Notes under the pieces: model-generated
Told to the model about the DNA's origin: nothing
Seen by the model: the letters and a program-made list of their open reading frames with translations, nothing else
Database searches by the model: none
Position numbers and translations under genes: made by a program
In this document: piece after piece, positions 58,700 to 64,000 of the stretch
Layout of the letters: each line of letters begins with the position of its first letter
How positions within the stretch are numbered: the stretch's first letter is position 1
Assembly (NCBI GenBank): GCA_040882355.1
Contig: JBBEBM010000042.1
Coordinates: 17,309-81,308, forward strand
Direction of reading: 5' to 3'
Length of the DNA stretch: 64,000 nucleotides
From: Dehalococcoidia bacterium
GTDB lineage: Bacteria; Chloroflexota; Dehalococcoidia; DSTF01; RBG-16-68-14

Positions 58700-59185
58700 G
58701 CTCCTTCCCTTCCCTTCCCTTTCGTGACCGTCTGAGGATTTTCAACCCTCGGCTTCCATCCAGCAGCGCGTGTCGCCTTGGCGTTGCTCCCACCACACCT
58801 CAGCTGCGAGGAGGGTGCTAGGAGCTGAGGGATTCTCGCCATAGCGAGTCGCCGGAGGCGACATCCCGCAGATGCGGAGCCCCACCGACCGCCATTGGAT
58901 GGGCCACGCTGCACTCACCTTCCCTAGCCACGGGTCCGGCTGCAGACCTTTAGGTCTGCCGAGTCGCCGTCGGTCCGGGCAGGGCTGAAGCCCTGCAGCT
59001 ACCGGCGGCAGCACCCCAGCCTCGGCCAGCGCTCACGAGTAGTGGTTCTCCCCGTGCCGTGTAAGCTTTTCCGCCGCTCGCCGTCTTACTAGTAGAAGCT
59101 GGCGAAACTGCGGAAGCCCGCTTTCCCCAACTCTCAGGTCCCGCCCACAAGGGCCTTGCAACGTCTCTGCGAGGAGGAGTGACGC

Positions 59186-59365
59186 ATGCTGGTGTTATCG
59201 CGAAGGGTCATGGAAGGCGTTGTCCTGTCGGGCAACATCCACGTGCAGGTGTTGTCGATTAAGCGCGGCCGGGTGAAGATCGGCATCACGGCGCCAAGCG
59301 AGGTCGAGGTGCTCCGTGAGGAACTGCGCGGGCGCGAGCTGGAGGGGCTGTCGAGCGATGCTTGA
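59186..59365 (+). CDS. csrA: carbon storage regulator CsrA
   Basis: A GAGGAGGAG RBS precedes the ATG. The product MLVLSRRVMEGVVLSGNIHVQVLSIKRGRVKIGITAPSEVEVLREEL is a strong match to CsrA. It is not in the ORF track (59 aa). Confidence 0.8.
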   Translation: MLVLSRRVMEGVVLSGNIHVQVLSIKRGRVKIGITAPSEVEVLREELRGRELEGLSSDA

Positions 59366-59936
59366 GGTCGCGCCTTCCGAGTCTGCAAGCGAACGGGAGT
59401 TGGTGGAGCGAGCGATCGGACGCGACGGCGACGCGTTCGCGGCGCTCTACGACCGCCATGCCACAGCCATTTATCGGCGCCTTTACAAGCTCGTCGGTAA
59501 CGCGCCGGACGCGGAGGACCTCACGGCCCAGGTCTTCCTGCAGGCCTGGCAGGCCATCGACCGATTCGAGCTTCGAGGGGCGCCGTTTGTTTCGTGGCTG
59601 ATGCGTATCGCGCACAACCTGGCCGTGAGCCACCTACGGCGACACCGGGACCATGCGCAGCTTCCGGAGGCTGCGGAAGGCCCAGGTTCAAGACAGACCA
59701 ATCCGGAGGAGGCGGTCCAGCGCCTTCTGGACGAGGAGCGCGTCCTGCGGGCGCTCCAGAACCTAGGACGCGAACAGCGCCTGGTCGTCGCGCTGCGGGA
59801 GCTTGACAACCTGGACTACCGCGAGGTGGCAGCCATTTTGGGCAAGAGCGTGCCCGCGGTGCGGGTGATCCGGCATCGAGCGATCAACGCCCTACGCAGG
59901 CAGATGGCCCCGGACGCCCAGATGGCCGGCGCCTGA
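59358..59936 (+). CDS. RNA polymerase ECF-type sigma factor; start overlaps the csrA stop (ATGCTTGA)
   Basis: The product is MLEVAPSESASERELVERAIGRDGDAFAALYDRHATAIYRRLYKLVGN... It contains sigma-70 regions 2 and 4. Confidence 0.75.
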   Translation: MLEVAPSESASERELVERAIGRDGDAFAALYDRHATAIYRRLYKLVGNAPDAEDLTAQVFLQAWQAIDRFELRGAPFVSWLMRIAHNLAVSHLRRHRDHAQLPEAAEGPGSRQTNPEEAVQRLLDEERVLRALQNLGREQRLVVALRELDNLDYREVAAILGKSVPAVRVIRHRAINALRRQMAPDAQMAGA

Positions 59937-60039
59937 GGGCGATTCCCGGCCTGACGCCACGGGGAAGCGCATCCTAGGCGTGTGGTACCGTTAGCATGCT
60001 GGAATCCCGTGTTCTCCCAACCCGGGGTGGCTTAGGTTC

Positions 60040-61941
60040 ATGCAAACTACTCAAGCGCCGGAGCGCGAAACGGACGATGTCCTCGTCGTACGGGCGCGGG
60101 CAGGCGATGAAGACGCCTTCGCCCGGCTCTACGAGCGCTACTTTGGCGGGGTCTACGACTTCGTCCTACGGATCGTCCGCAACCCCGACGCCGCGGCGGA
60201 CGTGGTGCAGAGCACCTTCGTGTCGGCCTGGCAGGCGCTTCAGAAGGGGAGCGGCCCTGCGAACTTCAAGGCCTGGCTCCTCGTCACCGCCCGGAACGGC
60301 GCGATCGACGAAGTCCGGCGACGGCAGCGCTTGACTTCGTTGCCGGACGAGGCAAACGATCGGGGCGAGCCCAGCCCCTACGCGGAACTCTCGGCCGGCA
60401 GGTCGTCCGATCCGCTGGCCGTGGCCCAGGAGCGAGAGGTGGCGGAGTTGGTCTGGGGCGCGGCGACCGCGCTGGACCCGCGAGAGTACTCGCTGCTCGA
60501 CATGAACCTCAGACAGGGCCTGAGCGCCGACGAGCTCTCCGACGTGCTGGGCGTGAGCAAGGGCAGCATCTACACCCGACTCTCCCGGCTGCGCGGTTCG
60601 TTGGAAGAGTCGGTCACGTCGTCGTTGCTAATGCGGCGCGGACGGGAGGAGTGCCCCGACCTCGACCTCCTGCTGCTCGAGCTCAATGCAGTCGAGCTGA
60701 CAAAGGACGTACGGCAGAGGATTCAGGCCCACCTCAAGGAGTGCCCTCGCTGTCAGGAGAGCAAACGCCGCTTCGTCTCCCCAATCGAGATCTTCGCCGG
60801 CATCCTGCCCATCGCGGTGCTCCCAGCCGTCCAGGACTCGATCTGGCAGGGCGTGGTAGCCGGGATTGCTGCGGGCGTTGCCGTCGGCCATGGCTTGCTC
60901 GCTGTCCCGCGCCAGTGGTGGGCGGCAAGCTCAACCGCGACGCGAGCCATGGTGGTCACCGTGCCCGGCGTCGTCATCGTGGCCGGCCTCATCCTGGGTC
61001 TCCTGTCGCTGCTCGGAGGTGGAGGCGGGGTCGAGGACCCGGGTGACGTCCACAGCACGAGTCACGAAATCGGCCGGGCCTCCGGCGAAAACGTGGTCCA
61101 GGTCGTTTGGTCCCGTCAGGAGGACGTGCAAGGTTACTCCGTGCGTTGGAGTCAGGCGCCCCGGGACCTGCCGGACGAGGAGACGGATCTCCTGGGAAGC
61201 GCAACCGGGGCGACCAGCCCCGCGCTAGCCGGCGGATCGTGGTACTTCCACCTGCGGACGCAAGGGGACGGCGGCGACTGGACGAGCACGGTGCATGTCG
61301 GACCATTTGTCATCGACGAGACAGGTGAGGTGGCGGGAGCCACGAGCGTTCCGCCCGAAGCTGAAACATCGCCCTCCGAGACGCCCACCCCGAGCTACGT
61401 TCCGACCGCCGCGACTCCCATGTCGCCGCCGGCAATCGCTGCGCCGCGATCGAACGCCGTAGGACCGATTCCGGCCACGCCGAAGACTGCAGCCGCAACG
61501 CCAACCGCTACGCCGTCACCGACCGCGACACCAAGCGCGACTCCGACCGAGACCCCAACCGTGACACCCACGAAGACGCCGACCAAGACACCCACAAAGA
61601 CGCCGACCAAGACACCCACGAAGACGCCGACCACGACACCCACGAAGACGCCGACCGAGACACCAACGCCAACAGCGACGGAGTCCCCTACGCCGCGAGC
61701 GACGCCGACGCCGACCGAAACACCTACGCCAACACGCACGCCGACACCGAGAGAGACGCCTACACCAACTCGGACGCCTATTCCAACACCCTCCGAGACG
61801 CCCACACCAACGAAGACTCCCACGCCTGCCAAGACGCCTACGCCAACGAAAACTCCTGTACCGACAAAGACCCCTACCACGGCCAAGACGCCAACGCCGA
61901 TAGCGATGCCCACCCCCACGCGACCGCCCAACCCCCACTGA
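60040..61941 (+). CDS. single-polypeptide ECF sigma / zf-HC2 anti-sigma fusion with TM helix, conserved extracytoplasmic domain and a long Thr/Pro-rich tail
   Basis: Sigma regions 2/4 occupy aa 1-190. A Cys motif [10 protein letters not shown] is followed by a TM helix. The external domain carries the motif [36 protein letters not shown]. The tail is (TPTKTP)n. Confidence 0.7.
   Translation: MQTTQAPERETDDVLVVRARAGDEDAFARLYERYFGGVYDFVLRIVRNPDAAADVVQSTFVSAWQALQKGSGPANFKAWLLVTARNGAIDEVRRRQRLTSLPDEANDRGEPSPYAELSAGRSSDPLAVAQEREVAELVWGAATALDPREYSLLDMNLRQGLSADELSDVLGVSKGSIYTRLSRLRGSLEESVTSSLLMRRGREECPDLDLLLLELNAVELTKDVRQRIQAHLKECPRCQESKRRFVSPIEIFAGILPIAVLPAVQDSIWQGVVAGIAAGVAVGHGLLAVPRQWWAASSTATRAMVVTVPGVVIVAGLILGLLSLLGGGGGVEDPGDVHSTSHEIGRASGENVVQVVWSRQEDVQGYSVRWSQAPRDLPDEETDLLGSATGATSPALAGGSWYFHLRTQGDGGDWTSTVHVGPFVIDETGEVAGATSVPPEAETSPSETPTPSYVPTAATPMSPPAIAAPRSNAVGPIPATPKTAAATPTATPSPTATPSATPTETPTVTPTKTPTKTPTKTPTKTPTKTPTTTPTKTPTETPTPTATESPTPRATPTPTETPTPTRTPTPRETPTPTRTPIPTPSETPTPTKTPTPAKTPTPTKTPVPTKTPTTAKTPTPIAMPTPTRPPNPH
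61555..61670 (+). repeat. ~24-bp tandem nucleotide repeat (ACGCCGACCAAGACACCCACGAAG)n encoding TPTKTP units
   Basis: Seen in sequence inside the tail of the 60040..61941 gene. Confidence 0.7.
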
Positions 61942-62048
61942 CGCACCGGCGTATCACAGACCCTGAGCCCCAGAGCCGCCGCCAGTAAGCGGGACAGCCT
62001 CGTCTAGCCTGGGCGGGGGGCCCTAGGAGCAGAACGGGTGTACAATGG

Positions 62049-63572
62049 TTGGCGGGAGCGGCACGGAGTACCACCCACAGGATGGAAATGGAAGTCGAAC
62101 AGCTCACGGACGAGGAGCTGGCCGTCAGGGGAGGTGAAGGCGACCAGGCCGCCTTCACCTCCCTCTACGAGCGCTACTTCCAGCGCATCTATGACTTCGC
62201 GCTGCGCCTCACGCGCGATCACGACGAGGCGGCAGATGTCACACAATCGACGTTCCTCAAGGCATACCAATCGCTCGAGCAGCGAGACCAGAACGCCAGC
62301 TTCAAGTCGTGGCTCTTCACGATCGCCCACCACGATGCGCTCGACCGCATGCGTCGCGGGCGTCGCCTCGTGCGCACCAGCGATGCCCAGGACGAGGAGG
62401 GTCTGGCCGTCCTCGCTTCGGACCGTCTGCGCGATCCGCTGGAAGCGGCCGAGCGAGACGAGATCGGGCGGCTGGTCTGGGAGGCGGCGCGCGGGCTCAA
62501 ACCACGAGAGTACGCGCTGCTCGATCTCTATGTGCGGCAGGGCATGGATCCGGTCGAGATATCGCAGATCACGGGCGTGCGGAGGGAGTCGGTGCATACG
62601 GCGCTGAGCGGCCTGCGCGGCGAGTTCGAGGAGGCGTTCACAGCGCTGATCCTGGTCGCGCGTGGCCGTTCCGCCTGCGAGGAGCTGGCGCAGCTCGCCG
62701 GCCCGCCTTCGCCCAAGGTGCGCGAGCGGGTGATGCGCCACCTGGAGGTGTGCGAAACGTGCCAGGAGAGCCGGCGTCGCTACGTTACGGCCGTCGAGTT
62801 CCTGGGCGCGATGCCACCGGTGGTGGTGCTGCCCGCGCTGCAGGACTCGATCCTGAGCCACGTCCTCACGCACACAGGGACCGCTGCGGACACCGAAGCG
62901 CCCGTTCTGGACGAAGGCTCGCCAGGCGTCGATGCGTTGCGGCGGTTCTGGCTGCGCTGGCGGCTGGCGCTGAGCGCCGCAGCGGTCGTGGTCGCGTCGC
63001 TCCTGTTCTTCGGGGTCGTGATGGCGCAGCGCGGTTCGGGTGGTGGTGAACAGGGCCCCCGCGACCCCCAGGACATCCGCAGCACGTCGCATGAAGTGGG
63101 CGTGCCGTCCCAGGAGCAAGACGTGGTCATCGTCTGGACGCCGCTCGACGACCTGCTGGGCTACTCGGTGCGCTGGAGCCAGGACCCGGACGCGCTGCCT
63201 GACACAACGCGCGACCTGCCCGGCGACGCCGACCGCGCCTGGACCCATCTTGCGCCGGGGAACTGGTACTTCTCGCTGCGGACAGAAGACCAAGACGAGC
63301 AGTGGACGAGCACGGCGCACCTGGGGCCATTCATGATCCGGGGCGACGGGCCGACGCCGACGATCACGGCTTCGCCGACCGTGACGCCCACCGGCGAGGC
63401 GACCCCAGCGCCGACCCGACCGCGGACGCAGCCGCCCGCCGTCGCTCCCAGCGCCACGCCCATCATTATCCGGCCGCCCACGGCAACGCAACAGCCCGCG
63501 CCGCCACCACCCACCGCGACACGCGTACCGCCCACAGCCACTCAGGCGCCGCCGCCCACGCCGACCCCGTAG
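62049..63572 (+). CDS. paralogous ECF sigma / zf-HC2 anti-sigma fusion with the same extracytoplasmic domain and a Pro/Thr/Ala-rich tail
   Basis: It contains HLEVCETCQE, a TM helix (ALSAAAVVVASLLFFGVVMA) and [37 protein letters not shown]. The start may be ATG 62082 (MEMEVEQL). Confidence 0.7.
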   Translation: MAGAARSTTHRMEMEVEQLTDEELAVRGGEGDQAAFTSLYERYFQRIYDFALRLTRDHDEAADVTQSTFLKAYQSLEQRDQNASFKSWLFTIAHHDALDRMRRGRRLVRTSDAQDEEGLAVLASDRLRDPLEAAERDEIGRLVWEAARGLKPREYALLDLYVRQGMDPVEISQITGVRRESVHTALSGLRGEFEEAFTALILVARGRSACEELAQLAGPPSPKVRERVMRHLEVCETCQESRRRYVTAVEFLGAMPPVVVLPALQDSILSHVLTHTGTAADTEAPVLDEGSPGVDALRRFWLRWRLALSAAAVVVASLLFFGVVMAQRGSGGGEQGPRDPQDIRSTSHEVGVPSQEQDVVIVWTPLDDLLGYSVRWSQDPDALPDTTRDLPGDADRAWTHLAPGNWYFSLRTEDQDEQWTSTAHLGPFMIRGDGPTPTITASPTVTPTGEATPAPTRPRTQPPAVAPSATPIIIRPPTATQQPAPPPPTATRVPPTATQAPPPTPTP

Positions 63573-63654
63573 CGAACCGACTGGCGGATCGCGCCAGAGG
63601 ACGGCGCGCGCCACCCACCGATCGAGGCACGTCGGTGCGTGGCGCGCGTAGCGG

Positions 63655-64000
63655 CTAGGTCGTGGCGCGGGTGCCGTCGCCGGAAGAGGTGGCGGCAACG
63701 GCGGTCCGGCGGCGTCGCGCGACGATCGGGGGCGGCGTCGCAACGGGCGATCCCCGAACCGCTGCCTCCACCGGTCGCGAAGGCGCCTCGCTGAGGAAGC
63801 CCCACGCCGAAGCGAGTGCGGTGGCCTCGGAGAGCTGCTTCGTTGCCTTCGTCATGCGCTTCTTCGAGCGCCGCAGCATGGTCGCGGTGCGGCTGGCCGT
63901 GATCAGCGACCGGGCCTGCTCGCCCTGTAGACGTTCCAGATCTTTCGTGGCGTTGCGGGCGGCTTCTCGCAGGTAGCTGAGGTGCTTGTCGACGGTGGGC
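63655..64000 (-). CDS. hypothetical protein, 5'-truncated by the window edge
   Basis: The reading frame stays open on the minus strand from the window edge, past the ATG at 63879, to the stop at 63655, so the gene probably starts beyond 64000 (...LERLQGEQARSLITASRTATMLRRSKKRMTKATKQLSEATALASAW...). No family was recognised. Confidence 0.3.
   Translation of the reverse strand, partial: PTVDKHLSYLREAARNATKDLERLQGEQARSLITASRTATMLRRSKKRMTKATKQLSEATALASAWGFLSEAPSRPVEAAVRGSPVATPPPIVARRRRTAVAATSSGDGTRATT

Noticed and set aside
62004-63743. 579-aa minus-strand ORF
   Set aside because: It is antisense to the sigma/anti-sigma fusion gene and is a high-GC artefact.

Overview
This is a high-GC (~68%) bacterial chromosomal window with short intergenic gaps. 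Thr/Pro-rich linkers, a split cytochrome b6/subunit-IV bc complex and a remA-gmk pair suggest a Chloroflexota/Thermomicrobia-like organism, but that is a guess at low confidence. Most of the window is housekeeping: a cytochrome bc-type operon (cyt b, subunit IV-like, Rieske, cyt c-cupredoxin fusion), amidohydrolase, rpsU, GatB/YqeY, a PgpH-like 7TM-HD protein, purQ/purL, pcm, uvrC, class I FBA-PFK, tyrA-aroA-remA-gmk-thrB, aspartate kinase, a GAF-PAS-GGDEF-HD-GYP/FIST pair, an HpcH/CitE-like lyase with sucC/sucD-like ligase subunits, ornithine cyclodeaminase, cupin and a GH51 arabinofuranosidase. Several things stand out. (1) The cytochrome c-(7x repeat)-cupredoxin fusion is followed by two tandem desulforedoxin-like mini-ORFs that the ORF track does not list. 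(2) A dispersed ~190-bp repeat family with an AT-rich palindromic core is present in five copies, one tandem pair. (3) TCTGTG hexamers phased at exactly 10 bp occur at two promoter regions. (4) A low-GC integration hotspot at the uvrC 3' end carries tandem cassettes bounded by copies of the uvrC tail, with frameshifted BrnA-like antitoxin genes and a PD-(D/E)xK-like ORF. (5) Two convergent secreted RCC1-repeat giants, one with an M23 peptidase and TSP3-like calcium repeats, share a dockerin-like C-terminal module and flank a small membrane protein; this is the best candidate for an undescribed surface system. (6) An ECF sigma/anti-sigma/S2P cluster is present. (7) An unlisted csrA overlaps an ECF sigma gene and is followed by two tandem single-polypeptide sigma/anti-sigma fusions with a shared extracytoplasmic domain. 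No rRNA, tRNA, CRISPR array or transposase was recognised. Many long ORFs antisense to real genes are GC-driven artefacts.
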